NCBI RefSeq assembly: GCF_047973365.1
Contig: NZ_JBKEBW010000027.1
Span: forward strand, 7,251-71,250
DNA length: 64,000 nt
DNA from: Vibrio sp.
GTDB lineage: Bacteria > Pseudomonadota > Gammaproteobacteria > Enterobacterales > Vibrionaceae
Reading direction: 5' to 3'
A model generated the notes under the pieces. It saw nothing but the letters and a program-made list of their open reading frames with translations. It was not told the DNA's origin and made no database searches. The translations under genes and the position numbers were made by a program. Shown here piece after piece: positions 27,058 through 39,124 of the stretch; the stretch's first letter is position 1, and every line of letters starts with the position of its first letter.

Positions 27058-27687
27058 ATGCGTTTTACATCTTCATCTTTACTAAAATGGTCACTGGTTT
27101 TCCTCTCCGCGACTCTCTTAAGTGCGTGTGGTTTTCATCTGCGCGGCGACTACGATGTACCCGATGAACTCAGTAAACTTTCTATCACCAGCTACGACCA
27201 GTACAGCACTTTCACCCGAATTGTTACTCGTCAACTACGCATGAACGAAATTGAGTTGGTAAGACCGGCTGATGATGTACCCAATATCCACTTGATCAGT
27301 GAAGGTACCAGCGAGCGGACCTTGTCACTATATCAAACCACTCGCGCTGCGGAAAAAGAGCTCACACTAAGAGCTTCATATCGCGTAACAATTCCTGAAG
27401 TTGGCACTAAAACATTTTCAACCAGCGTAACTCGCAGCTATCTTGACAACCCATTAACAGCATTAGCCAAGTCTGTAGAGCGAGATATGATGGAAGACGA
27501 GATGCGCAAGCTTGCTGCCACACAAATTGTCCGTCAAATGGCGCGCCTGAAAGCTTCGATTCAAGCAGGTACGATGGATGAAACCGTCGACGAAGAAGTG
27601 GCGAAGAGCGACAACAGCGACCAATCATACCTCATCGATACTATCGAAACTCACCAAGAGCCATCAGCGCAAGTGGAAACTGAGTAG
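27058..27687 (+). CDS. lptE: LPS assembly lipoprotein LptE
   Basis: LSACGFHLRG lipobox; leuS-lptE-holA synteny. Confidence 0.95.
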   Translation: MRFTSSSLLKWSLVFLSATLLSACGFHLRGDYDVPDELSKLSITSYDQYSTFTRIVTRQLRMNEIELVRPADDVPNIHLISEGTSERTLSLYQTTRAAEKELTLRASYRVTIPEVGTKTFSTSVTRSYLDNPLTALAKSVERDMMEDEMRKLAATQIVRQMARLKASIQAGTMDETVDEEVAKSDNSDQSYLIDTIETHQEPSAQVETE

Positions 27688-27695
27688 TAACCATC

Positions 27696-28721
27696 ATGAG
27701 AATTTATGCCGATAAACTCGCTGATTCCATCCAGAAATCGTTATTGCCGGTTTATCTCATCTTCGGTGGTGAGCCTTTGCTGACTCAAGAGTCTGTCAAA
27801 GCGATAGAAATTGCAGCCCGAAGTAAAGGCTTCGAAGAAAAACATCATTTCACCGTCGATAACGGTTTAGATTGGAATCAAGTTTATGATTGCTGCCAAT
27901 CTTTAAGCCTATTTTGCAGCAGACAGATCATCGTATTAGAGATTGCTGAGGCCGGGCTTAACGCCGCTTTATCAAAAGCTTTGGCTACCGTGGCTGACTA
28001 CCTCAATCCCGATATAATTCTGATCGTGATAGGTAATAAGCTCACTAAAGCTCAGGAGAACGCAGCCTGGTTTAAAGCGCTTATCACTCATGGTTGTTTG
28101 GTTAACTGTTTAACACCGGACATATCCAGATTACCTCAGTTTGTGATGACACGTTGCCGTAAGTTAGGGCTTACTCCCGATGCAGAAGCAGTTCAAATGT
28201 TGGCACAATGGCATGAAGGTAATCTGTTTGCCTTGATGCAAAGTTTGCAGAAACTGGCTCTCAATTACCCGGACGGACAATTGACGCTTGTCCGTTTGCA
28301 AGAGTCGTTAGATAGACACAACCATTTCACCCCATTTCATTGGATGGATGCTCTACTAGAGGGCAAAGCTAATCGCGCACAAAGAGTGTTGCGTCAGCTT
28401 GAAGCAGAAGCCGTTGAACCTATCATCTTAATGAGAACCATACAAAAAGAGCTTTTTCAACTAGTACAAATGAAGCAGCAACTGAATGTCATGGGATTGA
28501 GTGCGATATTTGATAAATACCGAGTATGGCAAAATAGGCGACCACTCTATTCAGCAGCTCTGCAACGCCTGTCTGTTAAACAATTGCAACAACTCATTAA
28601 ATTACTTGCTCAAACGGAAGTCCTGGCTAAAACTCAATACGAGCAGCCTTGTTGGCCACTTCTTCATCAAATAAGCATCGAATTTACTGTGCCTCAAGCA
28701 AACGTCCCTTTGCCAGTTTAA
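27696..28721 (+). CDS. holA: DNA polymerase III delta subunit
   Basis: YLIFGGEPLL, SLSLF, EGNL; synteny. Confidence 0.95.
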   Translation: MRIYADKLADSIQKSLLPVYLIFGGEPLLTQESVKAIEIAARSKGFEEKHHFTVDNGLDWNQVYDCCQSLSLFCSRQIIVLEIAEAGLNAALSKALATVADYLNPDIILIVIGNKLTKAQENAAWFKALITHGCLVNCLTPDISRLPQFVMTRCRKLGLTPDAEAVQMLAQWHEGNLFALMQSLQKLALNYPDGQLTLVRLQESLDRHNHFTPFHWMDALLEGKANRAQRVLRQLEAEAVEPIILMRTIQKELFQLVQMKQQLNVMGLSAIFDKYRVWQNRRPLYSAALQRLSVKQLQQLIKLLAQTEVLAKTQYEQPCWPLLHQISIEFTVPQANVPLPV

Positions 28722-28787
28722 ACAGTGTTATACTGCACGCCTTAATATTTAAATTTGTACCAATAGACCATTTCAGAGGAATACCCA

Positions 28788-29105
28788 TTGCAACGCGAAG
28801 AATTGAATACCTTTCTTGCAGACAAAGTTGACGACATGAAAGCCGTTGATATCATCACTTTAGACGTACAAGGAAAATCAAGTGTGACGGATTACATGAT
28901 CATTTGTACCGGAACTTCAAAGCGTCACGTTTCATCTATTGCTGACCATGTTGCGAGTGAAGCCAAGAAAGTCGGCTTTGATCCACTAGGTATGGATGGT
29001 GAAAACGAAGGTGAATGGGTGGTGGTTGATATGGGGACAACCATGGTGCACGTCATGCAAGAAGAACAGCGTGAAATGTACCAATTAGAGAAACTTTGGA
29101 GCTAA
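28788..29105 (+). CDS. rsfS: Ribosome silencing factor
   Basis: [32 protein letters not shown] start. Confidence 0.95.
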   Translation: MQREELNTFLADKVDDMKAVDIITLDVQGKSSVTDYMIICTGTSKRHVSSIADHVASEAKKVGFDPLGMDGENEGEWVVVDMGTTMVHVMQEEQREMYQLEKLWS

Positions 29106-29106
29106 T

Positions 29107-29577
29107 GTGAAAATTCAGCTTATTGCCGTAGGTACTAAAATGCCGAAATGGGTTGAAGAAGGCTTTCAAGAATACCGCCGCCGCTTCCCTCACGACATGC
29201 CACTCGAATTAATTGAAATTCCAGCGGGCAAACGAGGCAAAAATGCTGATATTGCAAGAATATTGCAAAAGGAAGGCGAAGCGATGTTAGCGGCCGTACC
29301 AAAAGGCAACAGAATTGTGACTCTCGATATTCCGGGTAAACGATGGGATACAGAAGAGCTAGCTGGTCAGCTCGAAAGTTGGAAGCTAGATGCGCGCGAC
29401 GTCTCCATTTTGATTGGTGGACCAGAAGGTTTATCACCAGCCTGTAAAGCTGCCGCTGAGCAAAGTTGGTCTTTATCACCTTTGACTTTGCCACATCCGT
29501 TAGTTCGCGTCGTCATGGCCGAAAGCTTATATCGGGCGTGGAGTATTACTGCCAACCATCCATACCACCGAGAATAG
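29107..29577 (+). CDS. rlmH: 23S rRNA m3-pseudouridine-1915 methyltransferase
   Basis: [21 protein letters not shown]. Confidence 0.97.
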   Translation: MKIQLIAVGTKMPKWVEEGFQEYRRRFPHDMPLELIEIPAGKRGKNADIARILQKEGEAMLAAVPKGNRIVTLDIPGKRWDTEELAGQLESWKLDARDVSILIGGPEGLSPACKAAAEQSWSLSPLTLPHPLVRVVMAESLYRAWSITANHPYHRE

Positions 29578-29583
29578 GCATCG

Positions 29584-31467
29584 ATGTTACGTAAGAGTAA
29601 CCCGTTTCGAGATTACATCGCTGAGGCACGGCTTTTCAAAAGCCGTGCTGTGGTCTCTTTTGTTGGCATAGTGTTCTTGATGGGGATACTGGTCGCGAAT
29701 TTATACAATATTCAGATCAATCAATATCAAGACTATAAAACTCGTTCTAACGACAACCGCATTAAAGTGGTTCCCATCGCGCCTAACCGCGGCTTAATCT
29801 ACGATAGAAATGGGCGCTTATTAGCAGAAAACCGTCCTGTGTTTAACTTAGAGATCACGCCAGAGCAAGTGAAAGATATCGATGCAACCATTGCTCGTTT
29901 GCAAGAATTTCTAGAAATCACACCGGAAAAAATCGCCACATTTGATAAAGAACGCCGGCATTCTCGCCGATTTAACTCAGTTCCATTGCTGACACAGCTC
30001 AGCGAAACTGAGGTGGCTAAATTCTCGGTTCAACAACACAAATTCCCTGGTGTAACGGTTACCGCGAGCTTAAAGCGCTACTACCCTTACGGCGAAGTAC
30101 TTACTCACGTTATTGGCTACGTCTCGCGTATCAATGATAAAGATATTGAACGTCTTGAAAGAGACGAGCAAGTTGCCAACTACCAAGCAACACGTGATAT
30201 CGGCAAACTGGGTATTGAACGTTATTACGAAAGTACACTACACGGCACCGCAGGCTATCAAGAAGTCGAAGTGAACAGTCGTGGCCGTATAATCCGCACT
30301 CTGAAGTATGTTCCACCAGTTCCCGGCAAAGATATCGTTCTTAACCTGGATATCGACTTGCAGCTCTATGTGCACAAACTGTTGGATGGTCGACGTGGCT
30401 CAGCGGTTGTGCTTGATCCCAAAGACAACGGCATTTTGGCGATGGTTTCAAGCCCTAGCTACGATCCTAACGCCTTCGTACACGGCATCTCAGGTAAAGA
30501 TTACAGCAATCTATTAAACGATAAGAATCGTCCTCTGGTTAACCGTACAACGCTAGGTATTTATCCTCCGGGCTCTACCGTAAAACCTTTCATTGCGGTT
30601 TCAGCGTTGAAAGAAGCGGTCATTACACCTAACACCACCCGTAATGACCCTGGCTTTTGGAAAATCCCGAACTCGACCACTCGCCCATTTCGCGACTGGC
30701 TGCGCTGGGGACACGGTAAAGTGGATATCATCAAAGCTCTGGAAGAATCAGTGGATACCTTCTTCTATCAAATTGCTTACGATATGGGTATCGATCGCTT
30801 ATCTGATTGGATGATGCGTTTCGGTTTCGGAGACTACACCGGTATCGATATTTACGAAGAGAGTAAAGCCAACATGCCAACTCGCGAATGGAAAATGTCT
30901 CGCCACCGCACACCTTGGTATCAGGGCGATACTATCCCTGTTGGTATCGGTCAAGGCTACTGGACAGCAACCCCAATGCAGCTTGCCAAAGCAACCTCCG
31001 TGCTTGTTCATCACGGTGAAGTTCTGGCGCCACATTTGTTACGTTCAACCATCAACAACGGCGAAGAATTTGACCATCAGAAAGAAGCAGAATACGTCAG
31101 TTATCCTCCAATTACTGGTGTTCCTAAGAAATATTGGGATATGGCAATCGAAGGTATGTATCTGGTTAACCATGGTAAGAAAGGGACTGCTAGGCGTGCT
31201 TTCCAAGGCCTAAAATACAAAAGTGCAGGTAAGTCAGGTACGGCTCAGGTATTCGGCTTAGCGGAAGGACAAGAATATAACGCTGATGAACTAGCCGAAC
31301 ACTTACGCGACCATGCATTATTTACAGGCTTCGCTCCCGTCGATAATCCAAAAGCGATTGTCACGATAGTATTAGAAAACGCAGGTGGCGGTTCAAGCAA
31401 TGGAGCGCCAGTGGTTAGAAGTATTTTTGACCACATCATATTGGGTGATACAGAGGGCGAAGAGTAA
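29584..31467 (+). CDS. mrdA: Penicillin-binding protein 2
   Basis: STVK, SVD and KSG motifs. Confidence 0.97.
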   Translation: MLRKSNPFRDYIAEARLFKSRAVVSFVGIVFLMGILVANLYNIQINQYQDYKTRSNDNRIKVVPIAPNRGLIYDRNGRLLAENRPVFNLEITPEQVKDIDATIARLQEFLEITPEKIATFDKERRHSRRFNSVPLLTQLSETEVAKFSVQQHKFPGVTVTASLKRYYPYGEVLTHVIGYVSRINDKDIERLERDEQVANYQATRDIGKLGIERYYESTLHGTAGYQEVEVNSRGRIIRTLKYVPPVPGKDIVLNLDIDLQLYVHKLLDGRRGSAVVLDPKDNGILAMVSSPSYDPNAFVHGISGKDYSNLLNDKNRPLVNRTTLGIYPPGSTVKPFIAVSALKEAVITPNTTRNDPGFWKIPNSTTRPFRDWLRWGHGKVDIIKALEESVDTFFYQIAYDMGIDRLSDWMMRFGFGDYTGIDIYEESKANMPTREWKMSRHRTPWYQGDTIPVGIGQGYWTATPMQLAKATSVLVHHGEVLAPHLLRSTINNGEEFDHQKEAEYVSYPPITGVPKKYWDMAIEGMYLVNHGKKGTARRAFQGLKYKSAGKSGTAQVFGLAEGQEYNADELAEHLRDHALFTGFAPVDNPKAIVTIVLENAGGGSSNGAPVVRSIFDHIILGDTEGEE

Positions 31468-32588
31468 TGAAACTGGATCCTTCCACTGGACAAAGTCGAG
31501 CTCTATTTGAAAGGCTTCATATCGATCTACCGCTGCTGATCGGCATTTTGGCCGTGTTTGGCTTTGCTCTTATGGTGATGTACAGCGCTAGCGGTCAAAG
31601 CATGGAAATGATGGATCGTCAGGCGATGCGTATGGTTTTGGCATTAACCGTTATGATTGGCTTAGCACAGATTTCACCCAGAACTTATGAAAGTCTCGCT
31701 CCCTTGCTGTACTTCGCCGGTATTGTTTTGCTGCTTGGTGTGCTGTTTTTTGGCGAATCCTCCAAAGGTGCACAGCGCTGGCTAAACCTTGGTTTTGTAC
31801 GTTTTCAGCCCTCAGAACTACTAAAACTGGCGGTACCTTTGATGATTGCTCGTTATGTAGGTAAGCGCCCGCTTCCTTCTAACTTCCCAACACTTATAGC
31901 ATCAATCGTAATGGTACTCGTGCCAACTATTTTGATTGCTAAGCAACCAGATTTAGGAACCTCCATTCTGATTGCCGCTTCCGGTATTTTCGTTATTTTC
32001 CTTGCCGGCATCAGTTGGAAAATCATTATAGCTGCAACGGTAGGCGTGGGCGCATTTATCCCTGTGCTCTGGTTCTTTCTGATGCGGGAATATCAAAAAA
32101 CTCGTGTTCGTACACTGTTTAACCCTGAGTCAGACCCACTAGGTGCCGGTTATCACATCATCCAAAGTAAAATCGCTATCGGCTCTGGCGGGATTTCAGG
32201 CAAAGGTTGGCTACATGGCACTCAATCTCAACTAGAATTTCTACCTGAGCGACATACTGACTTTATCTTTGCAGTTATCGCCGAAGAATGGGGCATGATT
32301 GGCATCTTAGGGCTTCTATCCGTTTATCTGTTTATTATTGGTCGAGGTCTCTATTTGGCAAGCAATGCTCAAACTGCGTTTGGTCGTATGATGGCCGGCA
32401 GTATTGTTCTTAGCTTCTTTGTATACGTATTTGTGAATATTGGTATGGTGAGTGGCATTCTGCCTGTGGTTGGTGTTCCTCTCCCTCTGATCAGTTATGG
32501 TGGTACATCAATGGTTACCTTGCTGGCTGGCTTTGGCATCCTAATGTCTATTCACACGCACAGAAAAGCATTTTCAAAGGCGACTTAA
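31467..32588 (+). CDS. rodA: Rod shape protein RodA
   Basis: [26 protein letters not shown]. Confidence 0.97.
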   Translation: MKLDPSTGQSRALFERLHIDLPLLIGILAVFGFALMVMYSASGQSMEMMDRQAMRMVLALTVMIGLAQISPRTYESLAPLLYFAGIVLLLGVLFFGESSKGAQRWLNLGFVRFQPSELLKLAVPLMIARYVGKRPLPSNFPTLIASIVMVLVPTILIAKQPDLGTSILIAASGIFVIFLAGISWKIIIAATVGVGAFIPVLWFFLMREYQKTRVRTLFNPESDPLGAGYHIIQSKIAIGSGGISGKGWLHGTQSQLEFLPERHTDFIFAVIAEEWGMIGILGLLSVYLFIIGRGLYLASNAQTAFGRMMAGSIVLSFFVYVFVNIGMVSGILPVVGVPLPLISYGGTSMVTLLAGFGILMSIHTHRKAFSKAT

Positions 32589-33376
32589 TGAATTTAAAAA
32601 CGTTCTTTTTTCCGCTCCTGCTGTTAACGATCTTAGCCGGATGTTCCAGTTCTGGTGACCGCTATGACATCAAAGACGATGTAGCACCCAATTCTCCAAT
32701 TTCTGTTGAACATATTGAAGATGCACATCCCCAATATGAACCTTACAGCCGAGGTGGCAACAAGGACTACACCCTGAGGGGGGAAACCTACCAGATAGTC
32801 AAAAACACCGAAGGTTTTAAACAACAAGGTCAGGCATCTTGGTATGGAAAAAAATTTCATGGACACCTTACGTCCAATGGCGAGATTTATGATATGTACT
32901 CAATGAGTGCGGCACATAAAACACTGCCTATTCCTAGCTATGTAAAAGTGACGAATCTCGATAACAATAAGACGACGATCGTTCGTGTCAACGACCGAGG
33001 TCCGTTTCATTCTGGACGGATTATTGATCTAAGCTATGCGGCTGCATACAAATTAGATGTAATAAAAACTGGTACAGCAAACGTCGCGATTGAAGTAATT
33101 AATGTAAATAAACCACTGACAACCATAGTTAAAAACTCGGACCCTAGGTATATAATTCAGGTCGCTTCTTCACAAAATGAAGAAAGAGTTCGAACTTTAT
33201 CGCAAAATTTGGGACAAAGCTTATCGGTGCAAAGTTTTATTGATAGTGATAACGGTAGCCATAGGGCTGTTTTAGGTCCTTTTACTGACTATACGCTGAC
33301 TCAAGAAACATTAGAGCGTGTAAAGTCCCTAGGTTACGAAACCGCATTTATTAAAAAGTACCAAGTTGCACAGTAA
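32588..33376 (+). CDS. rlpA: Septal lytic transglycosylase RlpA
   Basis: Lipobox, ASWYG, AAHKTLP, VNDRGPF, SPOR-like C-terminus. Confidence 0.95.
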   Translation: MNLKTFFFPLLLLTILAGCSSSGDRYDIKDDVAPNSPISVEHIEDAHPQYEPYSRGGNKDYTLRGETYQIVKNTEGFKQQGQASWYGKKFHGHLTSNGEIYDMYSMSAAHKTLPIPSYVKVTNLDNNKTTIVRVNDRGPFHSGRIIDLSYAAAYKLDVIKTGTANVAIEVINVNKPLTTIVKNSDPRYIIQVASSQNEERVRTLSQNLGQSLSVQSFIDSDNGSHRAVLGPFTDYTLTQETLERVKSLGYETAFIKKYQVAQ

Positions 33377-33464
33377 TGACTGGCGAGCCAAAGCATATCG
33401 GCTCTGGCTTGAATAGTCGTTTCTGTTAAGATATACACAACCAACTAAATAACACGCATTTACC

Positions 33465-34640
33465 ATGAAAAAATTGATTCTAAATTCTGTTCTGGCGTCA
33501 TCGACTGCGCTTTCTACTCTTGTCTCATTTACAGCCGCAGCTGCTCCTATTGTTATTCCAGACGCACCACAGATCGCCGCTAATGGCTATGTTCTGATGG
33601 ATTTTCATTCAGGTAAGATTCTGGCTGAAAAAGAGATGGACACTAAACTGTCTCCTGCAAGTTTGACTAAAATGATGACAAGCTACGTTATCGGCCAAGA
33701 ACTTTCGCGTGGCAATATTTCACCTAATGATGAAGTGGTGATCAGTAAAAATGCTTGGGCAAAGAACTTCCCTGATTCCTCTAAGATGTTTATCGAAGTT
33801 GGCACCAAAGTAAAAGTCAGTGATCTTAACCGCGGTATCATTATTCAATCAGGTAATGATGCTTGTGTCGCGATGGCTGAGCATATTGCCGGATCAGAAG
33901 ATGCCTTCGTTGACTTAATGAATGCATGGGCAAGTTCATTGAAAATGACCAACACGCATTTCTCAAACGTACACGGTTTAGATGATCCAAACCTATATTC
34001 AACGCCTCACGATATGGCTCTACTGGGTCAAGCACTGATTCGTGATGTTCCAGATGAATACGCACTTTACTCTGAGCAGAAATTTACTTACAACGGCATC
34101 ACTCAATACAACCGCAACGGGCTGTTATGGGATAAGAGCATGAACGTTGATGGTATTAAAACTGGTCACACGTCGAATGCAGGTTACAGCTTAGTAAGTT
34201 CAGCGACTGAAGGCAAAATGCGTCTAATCGCGGTCGTGATGGGCACTAAGGATATGAATGCTCGTAAATCAGAGAGCAAAAAGCTACTGAGTTACGGTTT
34301 CCGATTCTTTGAAACCGTTGCTCCTCATAAGAAAGGCGAAACATTCGTTGAAGAACAAATTTGGATGGGTGACAAATCAACCCTTGCGCTAGGTGTTGAC
34401 CAAGATACCTATGTAACTCTTCCTCGCGGTCAGGCGAAAAATTTAACGGCAAGCTTTGTACTTGAAAAAGAGCTGAAAGCCCCAATTAAAAAAGGTGACG
34501 TCGTTGGTAAGCTTTACTACCAAGTAGACAACGAAGATGTTGCGCAATACCCACTATTAGCTCTTGAAGATGTGAATGAAGGTAGCTTATTCAGCCGTCT
34601 ATGGGACTACATTGTTCTACTATTCAAAGGCTTGTTCTAA
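33465..34640 (+). CDS. dacA: D-Ala-D-Ala carboxypeptidase PBP5/6
   Basis: PASLTK, SGN, KTG motifs. Confidence 0.95.
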   Translation: MKKLILNSVLASSTALSTLVSFTAAAAPIVIPDAPQIAANGYVLMDFHSGKILAEKEMDTKLSPASLTKMMTSYVIGQELSRGNISPNDEVVISKNAWAKNFPDSSKMFIEVGTKVKVSDLNRGIIIQSGNDACVAMAEHIAGSEDAFVDLMNAWASSLKMTNTHFSNVHGLDDPNLYSTPHDMALLGQALIRDVPDEYALYSEQKFTYNGITQYNRNGLLWDKSMNVDGIKTGHTSNAGYSLVSSATEGKMRLIAVVMGTKDMNARKSESKKLLSYGFRFFETVAPHKKGETFVEEQIWMGDKSTLALGVDQDTYVTLPRGQAKNLTASFVLEKELKAPIKKGDVVGKLYYQVDNEDVAQYPLLALEDVNEGSLFSRLWDYIVLLFKGLF

Positions 34641-34659
34641 TACCAAAGCGATTAGTTTT

Positions 34660-34685
34660 AAAAAGCCGCTTTTAGCGGCTTTTTT
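34660..34685 (+). terminator. Intrinsic terminator after dacA
   Basis: AAAAAGCCGCT-TTT-AGCGGCTTTTTT. Confidence 0.8.
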
Positions 34686-34761
34686 GTTCACTTGAGATCC
34701 ACTTCGATAGGCTGTACTATTCCGCACCGCTTAATCGAATGCCAAACTTGGAGTTTCCAAT

Positions 34762-35040
34762 ATGTTGACCATCAACTCTGATGCAAAATTGAAAGACCTG
34801 CTTGAGTTCCCTTGTTCTTTTACCTACAAGGTGATGGGCCATGCTAAACCTGAATTACCAGAACTCGTTCTGGAAGTGATTCAACGCCACGCTCCAGGCG
34901 ATTACAGCCCACGAGTTAAGCCTAGTGCGAAAGGCAATTATCACTCGGTTTCAGTAACCATTACGGCGACATCTATTGTACAAGTAGAAACTTTGTACAA
35001 AGAACTGGGCGATATCGAAATTGTTCGTATGGTTCTATAA
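34762..35040 (+). CDS. ybeD: YbeD (UPF0250) protein
   Basis: [22 protein letters not shown]; dacA-ybeD-lipB synteny. Confidence 0.95.
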   Translation: MLTINSDAKLKDLLEFPCSFTYKVMGHAKPELPELVLEVIQRHAPGDYSPRVKPSAKGNYHSVSVTITATSIVQVETLYKELGDIEIVRMVL

Positions 35041-35076
35041 ACAAATGGTTTTATAGACAAATGGTTCTATAAGCAA
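35029..35076 (+). repeat. 3 x 16-bp tandem repeat starting in the ybeD 3' end
   Basis: ATGGTTCTATAAACAA / ATGGTTTTATAGACAA / ATGGTTCTATAAGCAA. Confidence 0.85.
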
Positions 35077-35265
35077 ACCAAAATCAAAAAATTTAACATT
35101 AATTAAATTTTTTTTGAAAGCAGCATTTAGCTGCTTTTTTTATATTTATCATTATGTTAAATAATCACTACTAATTTCATGGACAAAAAACTCACCCTTA
35201 TATGTAGTTCATCGCTCTCAAGACGTTTATAATCGCCCAAACTTTTTAACAATCACTGACGGAAT

Positions 35266-35934
35266 ATGACACTAGATAACCAGCTGGTTGTCAGACGATG
35301 GGGTCGTCAAGATTACCATCCTGTTTGGCAGGCTATGCATGAATTTACCGATCAGCGTAATGAAGAAACTCGCGACGAAGTATGGCTTGTTGAGCACAAC
35401 CCTGTGTTTACACAAGGCCAGGCAGGCAAAGCTGAGCACTTGCTTAACACTGGTGATATTCCGGTTGTGCAAAGCGATCGTGGCGGTCAGGTGACTTATC
35501 ATGGCCCTGGGCAGTTGGTAGTGTATTTTTTAATTAACCTAAGACGCAAAAAATTAGGTGTTAGAGATTTGGTCACGGATATTGAGAATCTGGTTATCAG
35601 CACTCTAAAAGCTTACGATATTTCCTCCGCAGCTCGTCCAGATGCTCCGGGTGTCTACGTTGACGGAAGAAAAATCTGTTCACTTGGTCTTCGTATCCGT
35701 AAAGGCTGCTCATTTCATGGGCTAGCATTGAATGTCAATATGGATCTTTCCCCCTTCTTGCGTATTAACCCATGTGGTTACCAAGGAATGGAGATGATAC
35801 AAGTGAGCGACTTAGGCGGGCCATCAAATATCCACCTAGTAGAGCAACAATTAATCCAAGAACTCGTACCGCTTTTTGGCTACGAGCATGTCGAATTCAG
35901 CACTGAAGCACCCTCAATCGGTAATAAAGTATGA
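35266..35934 (+). CDS. lipB: Octanoyltransferase
   Basis: [23 protein letters not shown]. Confidence 0.97.
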   Translation: MTLDNQLVVRRWGRQDYHPVWQAMHEFTDQRNEETRDEVWLVEHNPVFTQGQAGKAEHLLNTGDIPVVQSDRGGQVTYHGPGQLVVYFLINLRRKKLGVRDLVTDIENLVISTLKAYDISSAARPDAPGVYVDGRKICSLGLRIRKGCSFHGLALNVNMDLSPFLRINPCGYQGMEMIQVSDLGGPSNIHLVEQQLIQELVPLFGYEHVEFSTEAPSIGNKV

Positions 35935-36896
35935 GCAAACCCATCCAAATGGAAAAAGGCGTCAAATACCGCGACGCAGATAAAATGGCACTGATTCCTG
36001 TAAAGAACATGCCAACAGAACAAAAAGAAATATTACGTAAACCAGAGTGGATGAAAATCAAGCTGCCAGCAGACAGCCAACGTATCCAGGACATTAAGTC
36101 AGCGATGCGTAAGAACAACCTGCACTCGGTTTGTGAAGAAGCGTCTTGCCCTAACTTGGCGGAGTGCTTCAACCACGGTACTGCCACCTTTATGATTCTT
36201 GGCGCTATCTGTACACGTCGTTGCCCATTCTGTGATGTTGCCCATGGTCGCCCTGTTGCTCCTGAAACCGATGAGCCGAAAAAGCTAGCGAAAACTATCA
36301 GTGATATGAAGCTGAAGTATGTGGTTATTACCTCTGTAGACCGTGATGATCTTCGTGATGGTGGTGCACAACATTTTGCTGACTGTAACCGTGAAATCCG
36401 TGCACTCAACCCGAACATTCGTATTGAGACCTTAGTTCCGGACTTCCGTGGTCGTATGGATGTAGCTCTGGATCTGCTGAAAGATAACCCGCCAGATGTA
36501 TTTAACCACAACCTGGAAACGGCGCCTCGCCTATACCGTAAAGCGCGTCCGGGTGCGAATTACAACTGGTCTCTACAACTGCTACAAAAATTCAAACAGC
36601 AGCATCCAGAGATTCCAACAAAATCAGGATTGATGATGGGTCTTGGTGAGACAAAAGAAGAGATCATCGAAGTGATGAAAGATCTTCGTGCTCACGGTGT
36701 CACTATGCTAACTCTCGGTCAATACCTAGCACCAAGCCGTCACCACTTGCCAGTAGAGCGCTACGTTCCACCAGCAGAGTTTGATGAACTAAAAGACGTT
36801 GCGCTAGAACTTGGATTCACCCATACAGCATGTGGTCCGTTTGTGCGTTCTTCTTACCACGCAGACATGCAAGCGCAAGGTTTAGAAGTAAAGTAA
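35931..36896 (+). CDS. lipA: Lipoyl synthase
   Basis: [24 protein letters not shown]. Confidence 0.98.
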   Translation: MSKPIQMEKGVKYRDADKMALIPVKNMPTEQKEILRKPEWMKIKLPADSQRIQDIKSAMRKNNLHSVCEEASCPNLAECFNHGTATFMILGAICTRRCPFCDVAHGRPVAPETDEPKKLAKTISDMKLKYVVITSVDRDDLRDGGAQHFADCNREIRALNPNIRIETLVPDFRGRMDVALDLLKDNPPDVFNHNLETAPRLYRKARPGANYNWSLQLLQKFKQQHPEIPTKSGLMMGLGETKEEIIEVMKDLRAHGVTMLTLGQYLAPSRHHLPVERYVPPAEFDELKDVALELGFTHTACGPFVRSSYHADMQAQGLEVK

Positions 36897-37027
36897 TCAA
36901 TACTTGAACAACTAAATCAATGAAAAGGCGATATGTCTTCGGATATGTCGCCTTTTTTGTGTCTATGATTGAATAGATGCAAATAGTTTTATAGGCTTAC
37001 CACTGACCCTTAAAATCTCGAAGGACA

Positions 37028-37366
37028 ATGATAATGAAAAATTTAACCATGCTCGCTTTAGCGCTGACCACAGCAGCCATTACCGTCGGTTGTTCTTCCA
37101 ACACACAAACAGACAACTACCGTGAAGCTTCTTTTGAACTGTGTAATACAGAAGTCGATATTTACTCTGTCAGCGACGATGGCAAAGTTCGCATTGTTTG
37201 TTCAGACGGTTCTAAATTCGCATTGGCAAGTGAAGACACGCTAGAAATAATGCGTGAGATTAATATCGAATACTGCGACGGTGAAGGCTTAGGCAAGTTT
37301 ACCGAAAGTAACAAATACTACATGTTCAAATGTAAATCCGGCACTTTGATCAGTATGGCAAAATAA
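37028..37366 (+). CDS. Small cysteine-containing lipoprotein
   Basis: AAGGA RBS; lipobox TVGC; four further Cys residues. Confidence 0.75.
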   Translation: MIMKNLTMLALALTTAAITVGCSSNTQTDNYREASFELCNTEVDIYSVSDDGKVRIVCSDGSKFALASEDTLEIMREINIEYCDGEGLGKFTESNKYYMFKCKSGTLISMAK

Positions 37367-37391
37367 CCTCTACGACTAACTCAATTATCGA

Positions 37392-37492
37392 CTCGTCCCC
37401 ACGGTCCTCCGTGGGGATGCATATCGGAGCTAAATAAACAGCAAAGTGGATTTTCTTTGAGTTAAATACGCATTCCCACGCATGGGAACGAG
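37392..37492. repeat. Inverted REP doublet (REPIN-like)
   Basis: CTCGTCCCCACGG..CCGTGGGGATGCATA and the inverted, loop-deleted TACGCATTCCCACGCATGGGAACGAG. Confidence 0.7.
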
Positions 37493-37504
37493 ATAAAGAT
37501 GTAC

Positions 37505-37529
37505 AAAAGGCCTGCATTGCAGGCCTTTT
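37505..37529. terminator. Bidirectional terminator after glyA
   Basis: AAAAGGCCTGCA-T-TGCAGGCCTTTT. Confidence 0.8.
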
Positions 37530-37545
37530 CCATATGTTTAAGCGA

Positions 37546-38796
37546 TTAAGCGTAAACAGGTAGACGCTTACAAATATCAAGCACTTTTTGTTTTGTTGCT
37601 TCGATAACCGCTTCGTCGTTGATGTTGTCTAGAACATCACACATCCAGTTAGCTAGTGCTTTCGCATCTTCCTCATTGAAGCCACGGCGAGTGATTGCTG
37701 GTGTACCAACACGGATACCTGAAGTGACAAATGGGCTACGAGGATCGTTTGGCACTGAGTTTTTGTTAACCGTAATGTTTGCTGCACCTAGTGCTGCATC
37801 AGCTTCTTTACCAGTGATGTCTTTGTCGATGAGATCAACAAGGAACAGGTGGTTTTCAGTACCGTTAGAGACGATTTTGTAACCACGTTCCTGGAATTGA
37901 GCCACCATAGCTTTCGCATTCTTAACAACGCGTTGTTGGTACGCTTTGAATTCAGGTTCCATCGCTTCTTTGAACGCTACCGCTTTACCAGCGATAACAT
38001 GCATTAGAGGACCACCTTGACCGCCAGGGAATACTGCTGAGTTCAGCTTCTTGTACATCTCTTCGCCAGCGTTTGAAAGAATCAAACCACCACGTGGGCC
38101 AGCGAGCGTTTTGTGAGTGGTCGTCGTTACAACGTGAGCGTGTGGAATTGGTGTTGGGTATACACCAGCAGCAACTAGGCCAGCAACGTGTGCCATATCA
38201 ACAAACAAGTAAGCATCGACTTTGTCCGCGATTTCACGCATACGTTTCCAATCAACAATTTGCGAGTAAGCGGAGAAACCACCGATGATCATCTTAGGTT
38301 TGTGCTCTAGAGCAAGCGCTTCCATCTCGTCGTAGTTGATTTGACCGGCTTCGTCGATACCGTAAGGAATCACGTTGTAGTGTTTACCAGAGAAGTTAAC
38401 TGGTGAGCCGTGAGTTAAGTGACCACCGTGAGCCAAACTCATGCCTAGAACCGTATCACCTGGGTTTAGAAGCGCCATGTACACTGCGCTGTTTGCTTGT
38501 GAGCCAGAGTGAGGCTGAACGTTCGCATAGTCACAACCAAATAGTTGACATGCGCGATCGATTGCCAGAGCTTCCGCTTTATCCACGTACTCACAACCGC
38601 CGTAGTAACGCTTACCTGGGTAGCCTTCAGCGTATTTGTTTGTTAGCTGAGAACCTTGAGCTTCCATTACACGCGGACTGGTGTAGTTTTCTGAAGCAAT
38701 AAGTTCGATGTGCTCTTCTTGGCGAAGAGTTTCTTCCTGAATGGCAGCGTATAGCTCCGGATCATAATCAGCGATGTTCATATCACGCTTAAGCAT
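37546..38796 (-). CDS. glyA: Serine hydroxymethyltransferase
   Basis: [24 protein letters not shown]; start MLKRD at 38796 behind AGGAG. Confidence 0.98.
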   Translation of the reverse strand: MLKRDMNIADYDPELYAAIQEETLRQEEHIELIASENYTSPRVMEAQGSQLTNKYAEGYPGKRYYGGCEYVDKAEALAIDRACQLFGCDYANVQPHSGSQANSAVYMALLNPGDTVLGMSLAHGGHLTHGSPVNFSGKHYNVIPYGIDEAGQINYDEMEALALEHKPKMIIGGFSAYSQIVDWKRMREIADKVDAYLFVDMAHVAGLVAAGVYPTPIPHAHVVTTTTHKTLAGPRGGLILSNAGEEMYKKLNSAVFPGGQGGPLMHVIAGKAVAFKEAMEPEFKAYQQRVVKNAKAMVAQFQERGYKIVSNGTENHLFLVDLIDKDITGKEADAALGAANITVNKNSVPNDPRSPFVTSGIRVGTPAITRRGFNEEDAKALANWMCDVLDNINDEAVIEATKQKVLDICKRLPVYA

Positions 38797-38852
38797 CTGT
38801 ATCTCCTGACTCAGATTTGACTGAAAGTAGCAAAAAACCACACAACGACTAA

Positions 38853-38868
38853 AAGCAAACGTTTTCGT
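38853..38868. promoter_or_regulatory. PurR box upstream of glyA
   Basis: AAGCAAACGTTTTCGT is close to the PurR consensus ACGCAAACGTTTGCGT; glyA is a known PurR target in gammaproteobacteria. Confidence 0.7.
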
Positions 38869-39124
38869 CACCGTAATATGGCGCGCATTCTACATAATTT
38901 GATTTATATCATAAAGCCCAAATTGCAGAATTTATCATGCAGTTTTTTCATATTGATTAACAATACCGCTCATCTTCAAAGCATCAATGATGAGTGTCTA
39001 CATTTTCTTTACATAGTGTAAATTTGGGATTACATAGGTTTACCCTAATTTCCGTTCGCTCGCTACCGAAAAGATCGGGTTTTCATTAGTATCTACTTAT
39101 TGTTCACTAATTAATTACATTTAA

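Noticed and set aside
28721..28788. No nadD/cobC between holA and rsfS
   Set aside because: Differs from E. coli but, as far as I recall, is the normal Vibrio arrangement; no deletion scar visible.
35897..36511. Long antisense ORFs over lipA, metI, ptsI, ligA and others
   Set aside because: Typical shadows of codon-biased housekeeping genes.
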